DNA from: an uncultured Phycisphaerae bacterium
Lineage (GTDB): Bacteria; Planctomycetota; Phycisphaerae; JAAYCJ01
Length of the DNA: 64,000 nt
Reading direction: 5' to 3'
Assembly: GCA_964563935.1 (NCBI GenBank)
Contig: CAZLZE010000002.1
Coordinates: forward strand, 6,205 to 70,204
Made by a program: the position numbers and the translations under genes
In this document: positions 35,868 through 46,561 of the stretch, piece by piece
Position numbering within the stretch: the first letter of the stretch is position 1
Layout of the letters: every line of letters begins with the position of its first letter
Notes under the pieces: model-generated
Seen by the model: only the letters and a program-made list of their open reading frames with translations
The model's database searches: none
Told to the model about the DNA's origin: nothing

Positions 35868-37091
35868 TTACTTCTTTTCGACTCGCGTAAGGGCTTCCAG
35901 GTACAACTTCGCCTGGTAGCAACTGCTCGTGTCCGGACATTCTTTCACGAGTAACGTCAGTGCGTTCTTCGCTTCGTCGATGTTCCCTGTCTTGATCTTG
36001 CTGTAACCGATCAAAAGTCTGGCCACGGGAACCCTCGCCGACTTCGGATAATCTTTTAGAAGACTGTCGCAACTACTCTTCATCTTCGCCATATCACCCA
36101 TCCGAAAGAAGCATTGCCCCTTCAGCAGAAGGGCTTCCGGAACAGCTTGATCAGAAAGTCCTTTGACCTCACGCACTTTCCCCATCATGTTATCGAGTTC
36201 CGAAATGGCCTTCTCATACTCCCCTGTTCCCAGTAGACACTGACACAGCTTCAGTTGATACTTGGCATAGTCCTCCACTCGCGTTGTTCGCTTGAGAATG
36301 CTCCGGTATACGTCCAGCGCCTTGTCATAGATCCCCAACCCGAAAAGTTTGTCCGCGTTTTCGATATCCCGTTCCAGGACAAACGGCACCAGATTTTTCT
36401 TACGGCGACACCATTCGAGAAATTCGGTTTTCACCGTTTCGTTTTCGCCAAGGGCGCCCTGCATTGCCTTCGCAAAGGCGACGGGATCCTCCGCGTCCTC
36501 ATGTGCCGGGTTGATGTAATCGAACGTAAATGCTCGCGGGATCGCATCCGGACGTTCCGTCACTATGTTCTTGACCGTATTGACCAATAGAGTGCGAAAA
36601 TCCTGCTTGCTCAGCTGCTGCCTGAACCTGGCTAACGTGGCAAGGTATTGAGTATATATTATCTTGTCACATATCCATCCCAGCACCCAGGCTTGTTCGG
36701 CCAGGTACAGAGTAGACGGCGTCTTGATCGCTTCCGTATACGCGGGCAATACCTTCTCGACCGGGTCTCCGGCCGCAGTCCTTGCTCTCCCCAACTCATA
36801 GTAGAGGCCGGACATCAACATTTGGCCCTGCTTTATCTGATTGGGATCAGCACCTTTCCACTCCCCACATGCCTGAATCTTCCTTTCCACATACCTCTCA
36901 GCTTCCCGGGGTTTCTGCGGGACGAGTTGCTCCGCTTCCTTAATCCATTGGTCGATCTGGCTCTTGTCCGCTATCTTCGCTGTCGGCGCCCCCGTGGAGT
37001 TGGCCGGTGGCGAGGCCAACACAGCCGATACCGTAATAAGCACGCCAATGATATATCCCGCCCTTTCGAGTACTTTGATTAGTGTCTCCAT
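35868..37091 (-). CDS. Secreted TPR protein (paralog of 34595-35842)
   Basis: Hydrophobic N-terminus; LLKDYPKS, LVKECPDT..QAKLYL. Start may be 37115. Confidence 0.8.
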   Translation of the reverse strand: METLIKVLERAGYIIGVLITVSAVLASPPANSTGAPTAKIADKSQIDQWIKEAEQLVPQKPREAERYVERKIQACGEWKGADPNQIKQGQMLMSGLYYELGRARTAAGDPVEKVLPAYTEAIKTPSTLYLAEQAWVLGWICDKIIYTQYLATLARFRQQLSKQDFRTLLVNTVKNIVTERPDAIPRAFTFDYINPAHEDAEDPVAFAKAMQGALGENETVKTEFLEWCRRKKNLVPFVLERDIENADKLFGLGIYDKALDVYRSILKRTTRVEDYAKYQLKLCQCLLGTGEYEKAISELDNMMGKVREVKGLSDQAVPEALLLKGQCFFRMGDMAKMKSSCDSLLKDYPKSARVPVARLLIGYSKIKTGNIDEAKNALTLLVKECPDTSSCYQAKLYLEALTRVEKK

Positions 37092-37114
37092 GCGTTTTCT
37101 CCGAGTGCGCAGCA

Positions 37115-39910
37115 TCAATAGATCTTGTTCTGCATCGCGTCAAGTTCCTTGTCCAAGTCTCTCGGTGCGTTCCGCAAGAGATTCCGCTTCAGCATCGGAA
37201 CCAGTCTGCCTTCTCCCACAACATCATAGTTGGAGAATCTCAGCCCCAGCCTAGCCATGCTGACGAAATTGTGCGGCATGGCCACCGTATACAACCGGTC
37301 GTTTCTAACCGCCTGAATGTTGATGCCCGCAGGCTGACTGGTCGGCGCCGCCGAATAGCTCACACCCGCCAGCACCAGCGGCGAACCGACTGTGCGACGG
37401 GCAATGTCCGTAAAAGGCGTCATTAGCATCTGCTTGAAGGTTTGTCCGTCGACCTGAATCTTCACAATCCACCGATTCTGAAAGGTATTGAAGACATCCC
37501 GCAGCGTGAGAGGACCCTCTTGTGGGACCTGGGGACTGCGAATATGGTCTTCACACACCACGGCATCTACGCCCAGTTCCGTCCGAATACTGTCCGCTGC
37601 CCATTGACGCCACTGCCACCGCGAATGCTTGCTTGTGGTATGTGCCAACACAGTATCCCAGTCACTATGCCACCGCCATGTGGTGTCAAAGCACTCCGCT
37701 ACAAACCATCTTATTTCATTGGCGGGTGTCACCTCGAAGATCCCAACGTCCGCGGGAGGCATGGATCGCAGTTGATTGAACGCCGTTGCCAACTGACCCA
37801 CCGCCTTCGCCGTCGTACCGGAAAACACAGCCACATATGTGCCACCCGCATGAAGCGGGCTGGGATAGATAAGGCAGTATCCGACGTCGCCGGAGTAAGT
37901 CTTACCGTTCGCCGTCACTTTCCCACCCTCGATCCTGACGGGCAGGTCCTTATCCACCGCCGCCAGCCATCGATTACTCTGCGACGTTCCGACCAGCACC
38001 AGATTCTGACCCGACATCGTATCGCGTGGAAACGTGACATCATCAAAGCAAGGCGCCCCGTTCGCCAAAGCCTGGGCGACGCTCTGCCCACCCTTGACAA
38101 TATCCGCGTTGCTCCCGCCCGACCCATAGACCACCACATACGGATCCGTAAACACATCCCACACCGGTCCGCTGAGCTGCGTACTCTTGATTTGCTTCGC
38201 GTCCTTGAACCGGTCCGGCTTACGCGAATAGGCCTGGGCCTGTGTGTGGGCAATCAGTCGCCCATTCTCGACAATCCTCACTGGCCGGCTCAGGTCAACC
38301 GGCGCCGTAGAGAGGTCCAGCGTATACGCATTCACATTCTCCGTCTTCACAATGACCCATGGTCCCCGAACTGAGGCGTCGATCGTCCCCTGGAAATTCT
38401 CATCCACTCGTCCGTCGATCCTCACCCAATAGGCCTTTGCCGATCTGAAGGAATCGCTCGTAAAGAACACCCTCGCAGGTCGAAGGTCGCGCACCGGACC
38501 CGCCGGCTTCGGCCTGTCACCCATACTCTCCAGCCACGTCGCAGTGTCCTCGCAATACCCAGCGAACGGTCCGAGTAGTCCACTGGCGGCATGCAGCTTG
38601 TCCGCCAGCAAACAGGACAGATCCGGTGATTCCCTCGGTCCACTGTCATTGTTGATATACATGCACTTGTGGTAGGCAAGACACTTATGGGCAAACCCGT
38701 ACCAGGCTGCCGCTTCCTGCTCCCCGTGGTGAGAGTTCTGCCAATAGCTCATCTTAAGGTTCAACGCATTTCCCGCCAGGTAGATGTGACTGTTCCCGAG
38801 ATCCAGGTTCGCTCGCATCCACTCATCCGGATAGTGAAGGGCCAGACTCATGGCGGCGGCGGAATTCCCGCAAAACCCCCAGATCTGGAACTGATCATAA
38901 TCCACATTCAACTTCTGCTGCAGAATTGACCAGAACGCCTTGTACTCTTTCCATTGCAGATTGTCGTTGGATAGCGTATGCCACCACACATCAATCATCC
39001 CGGGATGCGCACCGTTCCCCCACCAGTCATTACTCACACCGTAGTTGCTTGCCCCTACACGCGCAGGGTCGATATGTATGTACACAGGCCACTTCCGCGA
39101 AGGATCATAGTCCGCAGGCACCCGAACGACAAATTCCGATATTGGACCGCCCGCAAAACGCCGCAGCACACACTTGTTCAATCCGCCCACAACCAGATCA
39201 GGACACTTCTTCTCATACTCCCGTCTGGCCACTACCGCATTCCCCAGACCTTTCAGGATTCTCCCCGACGCGAACGGCGTCTTCTCGATCAACCCCAGGA
39301 CATGATCGACATGCGAAACCGCCACCGATGCAAAAATCCACTGCTCATCCTTCTTCTGCTCAATCGCGTTCTTCAGTTCCTGGCAATACCCCACCAGGTC
39401 CTTTTTCCAGCCGCGGCACACAATCACATAGACGGCATACGACTCCACGTCCTTCTCATTGGCTGGGACCGGAGTCAATACCAGGCGAAATAATCCCTCG
39501 GAAGGCAGACCCGACTGGAGGGTGAGTCCCTGGGGCCTCTGAACAAGTGTCTCCTTTCCCGCATCCTGCCATTTGCCGGCCACCCGCTGAGACATCACGC
39601 ATGCCACCTGCTCCTGGTCGCTGCTCGGATGATCCTCCGGCAGACGAACGAGGACTGGCTCCTTGGGTTCAAGAATATAGGCAACATCATGGATATACTG
39701 GTCTTCAATAGGATTGTCTTTGGACAGCTTTCGTTCCGGATCCACGACCAGCTTGAAGCCAAACAGCCGCTTCTCAACCGCCTTTTCTCCGATAATCTCC
39801 CAAGGCAGACTGTAGGCCATGGCAGCTGTGTTCGCCAGACCGCTCGTTACGGCAAGGAAAAGACAAATCACTATGCAGACCGCCAGTGTTCGCCACATCT
39901 TATCTGACAT
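37115..39910 (-). CDS. Large secreted alpha/beta-hydrolase-like protein with 5'-nucleotidase-C-like C-terminal domain
   Basis: VRVPADYDPSRKWPVYI, WGFCGNS elbow; domain shared with 39939-41600; AADSIR..GVDAV..GPLTLRDVF..FQN. Confidence 0.65.
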   Translation of the reverse strand: MSDKMWRTLAVCIVICLFLAVTSGLANTAAMAYSLPWEIIGEKAVEKRLFGFKLVVDPERKLSKDNPIEDQYIHDVAYILEPKEPVLVRLPEDHPSSDQEQVACVMSQRVAGKWQDAGKETLVQRPQGLTLQSGLPSEGLFRLVLTPVPANEKDVESYAVYVIVCRGWKKDLVGYCQELKNAIEQKKDEQWIFASVAVSHVDHVLGLIEKTPFASGRILKGLGNAVVARREYEKKCPDLVVGGLNKCVLRRFAGGPISEFVVRVPADYDPSRKWPVYIHIDPARVGASNYGVSNDWWGNGAHPGMIDVWWHTLSNDNLQWKEYKAFWSILQQKLNVDYDQFQIWGFCGNSAAAMSLALHYPDEWMRANLDLGNSHIYLAGNALNLKMSYWQNSHHGEQEAAAWYGFAHKCLAYHKCMYINNDSGPRESPDLSCLLADKLHAASGLLGPFAGYCEDTATWLESMGDRPKPAGPVRDLRPARVFFTSDSFRSAKAYWVRIDGRVDENFQGTIDASVRGPWVIVKTENVNAYTLDLSTAPVDLSRPVRIVENGRLIAHTQAQAYSRKPDRFKDAKQIKSTQLSGPVWDVFTDPYVVVYGSGGSNADIVKGGQSVAQALANGAPCFDDVTFPRDTMSGQNLVLVGTSQSNRWLAAVDKDLPVRIEGGKVTANGKTYSGDVGYCLIYPSPLHAGGTYVAVFSGTTAKAVGQLATAFNQLRSMPPADVGIFEVTPANEIRWFVAECFDTTWRWHSDWDTVLAHTTSKHSRWQWRQWAADSIRTELGVDAVVCEDHIRSPQVPQEGPLTLRDVFNTFQNRWIVKIQVDGQTFKQMLMTPFTDIARRTVGSPLVLAGVSYSAAPTSQPAGINIQAVRNDRLYTVAMPHNFVSMARLGLRFSNYDVVGEGRLVPMLKRNLLRNAPRDLDKELDAMQNKIY

Positions 39911-39938
39911 TATCCTCCTGCACCGTTGTCATCGTTTC

Positions 39939-41600
39939 CTATGGTTTGGCGTTATTGACCACCCCATCGTTAAACGACATCTTATCGGGATGCTTCGCTT
40001 GTCCTGGATTGGCCGGAGCCAGCCATTCCCAATGACTCCCAAAGAGCGCTTTCATCCGCCATGTGATCTGACCTGTCGGCGCATCAAGATCGAAAATACC
40101 CGCATCCATTTTCCTTGGACAGGCGTCGAACGCCGGCCAGATCTGACCGAACGAGTTTACGCTCTCCGGCGAATTCCCGCTGATCACCATAACATATCGG
40201 TCCGGATTCTTCGGGTTCGGGTAGATCAGAACAAACCCCAGTTTCACCCCCCCATACTCTCGCCCATTCGCAACGAGCCTTCCATTGACCCACCGGATCG
40301 GCAGCTTGCCCGATATTTCCCGCAGCAACGTGTTGCTCTCCGCGTCACCAACCAGGACGATATTGCTCTCCTGAATATCTTTCGCTGTCACTTCCGTGTC
40401 CTTCACGATCCTGTACCCCATGGCCGGCATCCACCCCGGCTTCACAAACGATTGAGCGCATTCAAGAGCCGCTTCAATCATTTTCCCGTCTTTCGATACC
40501 GCGGGGCGAACCAGAAGGCATGGCTGGCTGTAGATGTCCCATATCGGTCCGCACAGCCCCCGCTTCTTCCGCACCCCGCTGTCCAGCTTTCTCACAAACA
40601 TCGCTTTTTCGTTAAGCAACCCCCTGTGAATCCTGACCCCGTTTTCGATAATCCCAACATCCTTGGATAGATCGATAAGGTCCCTGTTTAGAACCAGCCG
40701 ATAATTGGAGACGTTGTTCGTACTAACATAGACGGTCTGCCCATCGATACGAGCATCGATCGTGGCCGGTTGACCATAACGGGCGATTTCTAGAATCCAC
40801 ACCCAGTACGCATGATCGCTGTTCAGGTCACGAGTGGTAAAATGAACCCACTTTGGATTTACCGTTCGTCGTTGTTCCGTCAGCCACGCTTCGACTTTGT
40901 CCCACTCAATTCCGAAACTGTGTCCCATATCCGGGTGTTCGGTGTACCGCCAATCGCTGATCCCACATTCGAGAGCCTTTTCATAGATACTCTTCGACAG
41001 CTTCGCCGGCAAAATATCGTCCTTCCCTCCCGCGTTAATCCAGAAGGCAATATTCTCCGCGTTCTTGATCAGTGCCTCATCATCCCATTTGCCGCATACG
41101 GGAATGCATCCCGCCCATACATCCGGATGCCGGAACGCGAGCTTGAAGGTCCCGCATCCACCCATGGAAAAACCGCACAGAAAAATACGATCTACGTCGA
41201 CGCTAAACATTCTCTTGGCCAGATCGATACACTCGAAGACATCCTGGGCACCCACACCGTCATACCAAATGGACCCTCTCCCCGATGGCCCGATCTGAAT
41301 CACACCATCGATGTCCGGGGCCAGGATCGGACCGTCGTTGTATCCGTGGAGCGTCACGAGAAGCGGATATTTCTTGGCTGGATCATATTTCCTGGGCAAC
41401 CGGATGAGGCAGGGCTGCATCGTTCCGTCAATCTTGCTCTTTACGGACATACCGAAGGTCTTTCCACCGGGAAATCGGACGCCCCTCAATTCATCGGAGG
41501 CCTGCATCGCCTGCCCTTCGGCTTCTCCGCCAATCCTTACGCACAGCGGATCGTTTGACAGCAGCACAATCACTGACAATATCACCATTCTCAATCGCAT
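39939..41600 (-). CDS. Secreted esterase/peptidase (prolyl-oligopeptidase-like)
   Basis: RLPRKYDPAKKYPLLVTLHG, RIFLCGFSMGG, GGKDD, HPDMGH. Confidence 0.82.
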   Translation of the reverse strand: MRLRMVILSVIVLLSNDPLCVRIGGEAEGQAMQASDELRGVRFPGGKTFGMSVKSKIDGTMQPCLIRLPRKYDPAKKYPLLVTLHGYNDGPILAPDIDGVIQIGPSGRGSIWYDGVGAQDVFECIDLAKRMFSVDVDRIFLCGFSMGGCGTFKLAFRHPDVWAGCIPVCGKWDDEALIKNAENIAFWINAGGKDDILPAKLSKSIYEKALECGISDWRYTEHPDMGHSFGIEWDKVEAWLTEQRRTVNPKWVHFTTRDLNSDHAYWVWILEIARYGQPATIDARIDGQTVYVSTNNVSNYRLVLNRDLIDLSKDVGIIENGVRIHRGLLNEKAMFVRKLDSGVRKKRGLCGPIWDIYSQPCLLVRPAVSKDGKMIEAALECAQSFVKPGWMPAMGYRIVKDTEVTAKDIQESNIVLVGDAESNTLLREISGKLPIRWVNGRLVANGREYGGVKLGFVLIYPNPKNPDRYVMVISGNSPESVNSFGQIWPAFDACPRKMDAGIFDLDAPTGQITWRMKALFGSHWEWLAPANPGQAKHPDKMSFNDGVVNNAKP

Positions 41601-41602
41601 GC

Positions 41603-42601
41603 TCAGGTTCCCTTCAGTTCATGGAACAGTACCGTTCTCGATTCACCGTTTATCACAAAACTGCTCGATAATCGTGCGATAACCCGCCCGCCCATCCGAC
41701 GGACCACCCGCCGCTTCACGCCGTCGCATTCCAGCACTGCGCATAGAAGCTTCTTGAAACCTGACCGACTCGCCTGCTCGATATGCTCACTCACCAGCCG
41801 GTCCGTATCATCCAGACATTCGTCGCGAACGAAGAAATCCAGCCGTCCGACCTGGGTCTCACCATGCGGATACACCTTTTGCGTCTGAGCGATCCCGACA
41901 ACAGTTTCCTCCCGATCCGCCAGGACCGACGCGCACCCGCCATCCCTCTCTATCCGGCCCATCATCTCCGGAAATACAGTCAGAAACCGCGTGGGCGGTG
42001 CATATCGGCTCGAAACGATCCCGTTGACCAGATCAAACGTGTGCATTGCCGACGGATGAATCGATAGAAGTGATGTCGAAACAAAGTCACCCCAATCCAG
42101 CGCTCGAACCTCCGTTCGTCCCGGATTCTCCTCGGAGAACTTACAGATCGCCTCCTCCGGCTCGAGCATCCGTCGCATAACGATCCCCCGGTGTTCATCA
42201 AAACCCATTTTCTGATACAAGCCCACGGCCGGGTTCTCTCGATTCACGCCCAGGTAAATTGCACGACAGCCTCGCGCCGTCAGGTATTCGATAGACTCGC
42301 GGATCAGCTTCTGCCCGATCCCCTGGTGGCGGTACCGCTCCTCGACCACAATGGGTCCCAGAATCGCGTTCCGCGGAAAGATCCTGTGGTAAAGAACTGC
42401 GGCCGCTCCCACAATCCGGTGTCCCGCTTTGGCCAAAATGAACGTCCCGCCAAGCCGAGGAGATAATCTTCCCAACAGCACAGAGCGGAGGCTGTAGTTC
42501 GCGTACTCCAGTGTCTTGAGGTATACTCTCTCAATCTCCCACACCATATCGGGACTCACGGGGGCTGATACATTGACAATCTTCATGCTGCCGATATCCA
42601 T
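41603..42601 (-). CDS. GNAT-family acyltransferase
   Basis: IVVEERYRHQGIGQKL, NPAVGLYQKMGF. Confidence 0.85.
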   Translation of the reverse strand: MDIGSMKIVNVSAPVSPDMVWEIERVYLKTLEYANYSLRSVLLGRLSPRLGGTFILAKAGHRIVGAAAVLYHRIFPRNAILGPIVVEERYRHQGIGQKLIRESIEYLTARGCRAIYLGVNRENPAVGLYQKMGFDEHRGIVMRRMLEPEEAICKFSEENPGRTEVRALDWGDFVSTSLLSIHPSAMHTFDLVNGIVSSRYAPPTRFLTVFPEMMGRIERDGGCASVLADREETVVGIAQTQKVYPHGETQVGRLDFFVRDECLDDTDRLVSEHIEQASRSGFKKLLCAVLECDGVKRRVVRRMGGRVIARLSSSFVINGESRTVLFHELKGT

Positions 42602-42608
42602 TGCGCCG

Positions 42609-43913
42609 TCATTGCGTCCACTTGGTCAGAACACCGCTTAATGCCGTCATCTCCCTGGTGAAGTCCTTGGAGTGAATTTCGTACTGCTCGTCCGGGTCTT
42701 TCGCCCGATCGAAGATGACCGGTTTACGCCCCTTCTCCTTATAACATGTCAAACGCGTCGTCCTCACGGCCCAACTATCCGCCACGGCCCCGCCGGTATA
42801 CTCCGTCCATACATACTCATGCACACGATCCGCCTTCCCCTCCATGATCGGCTTCAAGCCCACCCCGGCGCATTGCGCCGGCTTCTTGATGTTCGCATAC
42901 TCCAGCACCGTGGGCAGAATGTCCACCGTGCTCACCAAAGCGTCACTCTTCTTCGTATAGCCCTTGCGATCCGGCACGCGTATCAACATGGGCACGTGCA
43001 CCAATTCCTCATGGACCCCGTGATGGCTCGTGTGACCGTGTTCGTAAAACTGCTCCCCATGATCTCCCACGATGATCACGATCGATCGTTCCAGCAGTCC
43101 TTCACCTCGTAGGAAACCGAGCAATTCCCCCAGGTCCTTGTCCGTCTGTCGCACTTCGCCATCGTACAAAGCAATCATATGTTCGATGTCCCGCTGCCCC
43201 GGTGGATTACTGAACAGCGGTTCACGGGATACACTGACACCGTTCATCTGACCCTTATAGTCCGGATCAAAGAGCCGATCATAGGGCGCAGGCGGCAGGT
43301 AGTCCCAGTGACTGTCGTAATAATGAACGAACATGAAAAATGGCGATTTGCGGTTCTTGCTCAGCCACTTCATGGCCGCTTCATTGACCAGGTCGTTCGT
43401 CCGATTCTTGTTGATGTCCGCGGAAACGCCCGAAATCGCACTTAGCATGACCTGAACACTGAAATCGTCGTAGAATTCAAATCCTTGATTGAAACCATGG
43501 GCACAATCCACCCGGGGACCGCAGCAAAACCCCGCACAACGGAACCCCTTGTCACGAAGGATCTCCGCCAACGTGGTGAAACGCCCATCCAGAGAATGGT
43601 CAATGTGCGTCACCTTGTGATCCCTGGGAAACCGGGAGGTAAAGATCGACGCGTGACTCGGCATGGTCCAGCCCGAGGTTGCGTACGCCCGGGTGAATAG
43701 CGTGCCTTCCTGTGCAAACTTGTCGAACTCCGGCGTCGTCGCACGCCCATAGCCTAGGCAACTGACATGGTCGGCTCGCAGGCTGCTGATCGTGACCAAC
43801 ACAACGTTCAGCGGAGGCTCACTGCCAACCGATGTCCGCTCCGCCAACGCACACGTGCCTGATAACACAACAGCCGGCCAACACACACAAAATACAGTTG
43901 CTTTGATATTCAT
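42609..43913 (-). CDS. Sulfatase-like hydrolase/transferase (alkaline phosphatase superfamily)
   Basis: NVVLVTISSLRADH, WTMPSHASIFT, FFMFVHYYDSH, YDGEV, GDHGE, HVPMLI. Confidence 0.88.
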   Translation of the reverse strand: MNIKATVFCVCWPAVVLSGTCALAERTSVGSEPPLNVVLVTISSLRADHVSCLGYGRATTPEFDKFAQEGTLFTRAYATSGWTMPSHASIFTSRFPRDHKVTHIDHSLDGRFTTLAEILRDKGFRCAGFCCGPRVDCAHGFNQGFEFYDDFSVQVMLSAISGVSADINKNRTNDLVNEAAMKWLSKNRKSPFFMFVHYYDSHWDYLPPAPYDRLFDPDYKGQMNGVSVSREPLFSNPPGQRDIEHMIALYDGEVRQTDKDLGELLGFLRGEGLLERSIVIIVGDHGEQFYEHGHTSHHGVHEELVHVPMLIRVPDRKGYTKKSDALVSTVDILPTVLEYANIKKPAQCAGVGLKPIMEGKADRVHEYVWTEYTGGAVADSWAVRTTRLTCYKEKGRKPVIFDRAKDPDEQYEIHSKDFTREMTALSGVLTKWTQ

Positions 43914-43935
43914 TGATCATTCCCGCGCAATCGAC

Positions 43936-45300
43936 TTATCCTGCCCGTTTGATACCCGCCAATCGACTCATGATTCTCTTGGCCTGCTCCGCGCTCTTGG
44001 TCTGCGGAAATTTCTCCGCAATCGCCGCCAGCAGCTCGTTCGCTTGCTGATAGTCCTGATTGGCCAGACTGTCCATCGCCTGCGAGAACAAAATCGGAGC
44101 AACAATCGGGTTATCGCCATACTGACTTACCATCGTCTTCTCCAGAACCGCCAGATTCGCGGGTTTGTCTCTCTTCTTGCGAAGCGCCCACCACTTGACG
44201 AAGAGTAACTGCGCCCGGTAGGACTGTGCCGCCTTCTTGCCCAGCGCCGTGTCGATATCGGTCAGAACGGCGTCCGCATTTCCACTATTCGCCAGCGACG
44301 TGTAATACGACTGGATCGCCCGTCCCGTCTCCGCATGCGCCGGGAATTCCGTCGCGATCTTCTTCGCTTGCGAGGCAGCAAGAGCGTAGTTCCCCGCATC
44401 CCACCATACCTGATATATCCGGAATTGAAGTTTCACTCGATCATCAATCTTATCGGCGGGAACACTCACTAACGCCCTATTCAGGCATTCCACAGCCGTA
44501 CTGGCCGAACTGCCCGCGCATTTCCCGGCGGCAGTCTCGTAGAACTCCCGTTCACTGAACGGTTTCTTCTGGCTCTCGCAGGCATACCGTGCCACCGCCA
44601 TCGCCTGGAACGGTAATCCGAAATGCAGCAGACACGAATCGGAAAGACTATTCAGTTCCTCCGCTTGCCTCAACCATTTCGGCAAGATACTCACGTTCAC
44701 GCCTCGATCGCCCTGGGCATGAAGCAGCGGGAGCACCAGGACATAATCGTGAGTCCCCTTGAACCCCGCATCGGCTACAGCCAACGCCAGACCCGCTTTG
44801 CCGATTTTCGTCGTCATGCCCCGCAATTGAAAATCGTAGTACTTCGCCAGAAATTCCCGCTCTTCCACCGGTAGATTCTGTATACGAATCGGAATACCAA
44901 ACACTTTCACCGCGGTCTCGTAAAACTCCTTGGCCGGCGCAACCATAATGGGCTTGGCCTGCCGTCTCTCCAGAATGTCGCTGCCCGCGTTAACGATCCT
45001 CCCTTGCGTGGCCTTCCTCAGTTGCGACACCATCTGGTTCGCCAGAAACTCGGAGGCCAGAAGCTTGGATTTCAGCGTCCGGAAACCTTCCTCGCCCGCG
45101 TATTTCCCGCTCAATTCCTCGAACAGACCATCCCCCAGGCGTTGTGCAGTCGGCTCATCCTCGGCAGACAATGCCTTCTGGAACTGCACATACCCATTCT
45201 CCGTCCGAACCTCCCTGGTTGTCGGTAGCGGGTCGGCTCCCAACCCAACCGATACCAACGTCAAAACGCACACTAATGCATACCGCGACATCGTTCCCAT
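43936..45300 (-). CDS. Secreted TPR protein
   Basis: Signal MGTMSRYALVCVLTLVSVGLGA; ATEFPAHAE, AEKFPQTKSAEQA. Confidence 0.75.
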   Translation of the reverse strand: MGTMSRYALVCVLTLVSVGLGADPLPTTREVRTENGYVQFQKALSAEDEPTAQRLGDGLFEELSGKYAGEEGFRTLKSKLLASEFLANQMVSQLRKATQGRIVNAGSDILERRQAKPIMVAPAKEFYETAVKVFGIPIRIQNLPVEEREFLAKYYDFQLRGMTTKIGKAGLALAVADAGFKGTHDYVLVLPLLHAQGDRGVNVSILPKWLRQAEELNSLSDSCLLHFGLPFQAMAVARYACESQKKPFSEREFYETAAGKCAGSSASTAVECLNRALVSVPADKIDDRVKLQFRIYQVWWDAGNYALAASQAKKIATEFPAHAETGRAIQSYYTSLANSGNADAVLTDIDTALGKKAAQSYRAQLLFVKWWALRKKRDKPANLAVLEKTMVSQYGDNPIVAPILFSQAMDSLANQDYQQANELLAAIAEKFPQTKSAEQAKRIMSRLAGIKRAG

Positions 45301-45310
45301 GAGCTGACTC

Positions 45311-46561
45311 CTATTTCCTATCCTCTTCTTCGTAACCGCCCTGCTTTTCCAACGTGTCGAGATTCCGTTCCACCGCCTCCGTAATCTTTGCGATATGCGG
45401 ATTCTGCGGAACAGTGGCCACCTGGCGCACCTGCTGCAAAGCCGAACGATATCTGCCCTGCTCCCCAAGGGTAATCGCGTGCTGAATCCTCGCGTACGCC
45501 CCCACATCCATGAAGTCCCCCGCCTTCGCGCCTCCCGACACCTGCACCTGGCTGCTATCACACACGCTGGCCAACACCCGTCGGCTCTCTTCCGCCTTTC
45601 CCATCGCGTCAAGCAAAATTGCATATGCGTATCCGATGACCCCCGCGTACCTGCTTCGACAGCCTTCCTCACACAACGCCTTCAGATCACCAGCCAGCTC
45701 TGTCGCCAATATCTTCTTTTCCCTCACGTATCCCAGGACCTTCGCCGGTACAATCGAGATGCCCATCGAACAATCCACGGGCAACTGATTCTTCTCCGCA
45801 AACGCAACGCACGCCCGCTCCAACTTCACCAAGGGCCATCGTGCATACTCCCGATGATTCCGCAAGATGGCGTCAGTGTGCTCCTGATACCTCTTCCGCT
45901 CGCCCCGCGCCCAGTACAATCCGGCTGCCCGATCACGAGCCAATGGAAGATATTCCCTCAACGGCCCGTTTGCCGCATATGTCGACAGAAATGTGATAAT
46001 GCCCTCATACTCCGTCAACGCGGATTGATCATCCTTACGGGCCTCAAAAGTCTCTGCCCGCGCAAACTTGGCTGAACATTCGACGAACTGCAGGGCCGCC
46101 GCATTCTCTCGCGTATTTTCGCGATTCCCTTCGACCGCTCGGATCGCTTCGCTGAATGCGTCAAGGCATCGCTGGCTGTCGCCCATCAGGCGGTAAATCT
46201 GACCAGCCATATTCAGTGCAAACACTTTTTCCATGATCGGGCATGCTTCTTTGGAGGCCAGGGTCTTGAATTCCTTCAGCGCCCCCGCAAAGTCGCCGGC
46301 CTTAAACTGCAGCACGCCAATACCGTACTGAATTCGATCTGCCTTCACCGGCTCTTTGCATGCTAACGCACGTTTTCGTAGAATGCTGATCTCGCGCTCA
46401 TGGTCCACCGCGGGCGTCCTCATCTCGCTGCCTGCTGGCCCGTCACACCCTTTGCCGCAACTGTATTCGCCGTAAGCAGCCGCCCCAAGAGCAAGCCAGA
46501 CCACGAGAATCCTCGCACACCACGCTCCGCTATCGAAGTTTGCGCACTTTGGGATAACCAT
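45311..46561 (-). CDS. Secreted TPR protein
   Basis: Signal-like N-terminus; YGIGVLQFKAGDFAGALKEF and further helical repeats. Start 46561 is uncertain. Confidence 0.72.
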   Translation of the reverse strand: MVIPKCANFDSGAWCARILVVWLALGAAAYGEYSCGKGCDGPAGSEMRTPAVDHEREISILRKRALACKEPVKADRIQYGIGVLQFKAGDFAGALKEFKTLASKEACPIMEKVFALNMAGQIYRLMGDSQRCLDAFSEAIRAVEGNRENTRENAAALQFVECSAKFARAETFEARKDDQSALTEYEGIITFLSTYAANGPLREYLPLARDRAAGLYWARGERKRYQEHTDAILRNHREYARWPLVKLERACVAFAEKNQLPVDCSMGISIVPAKVLGYVREKKILATELAGDLKALCEEGCRSRYAGVIGYAYAILLDAMGKAEESRRVLASVCDSSQVQVSGGAKAGDFMDVGAYARIQHAITLGEQGRYRSALQQVRQVATVPQNPHIAKITEAVERNLDTLEKQGGYEEEDRK

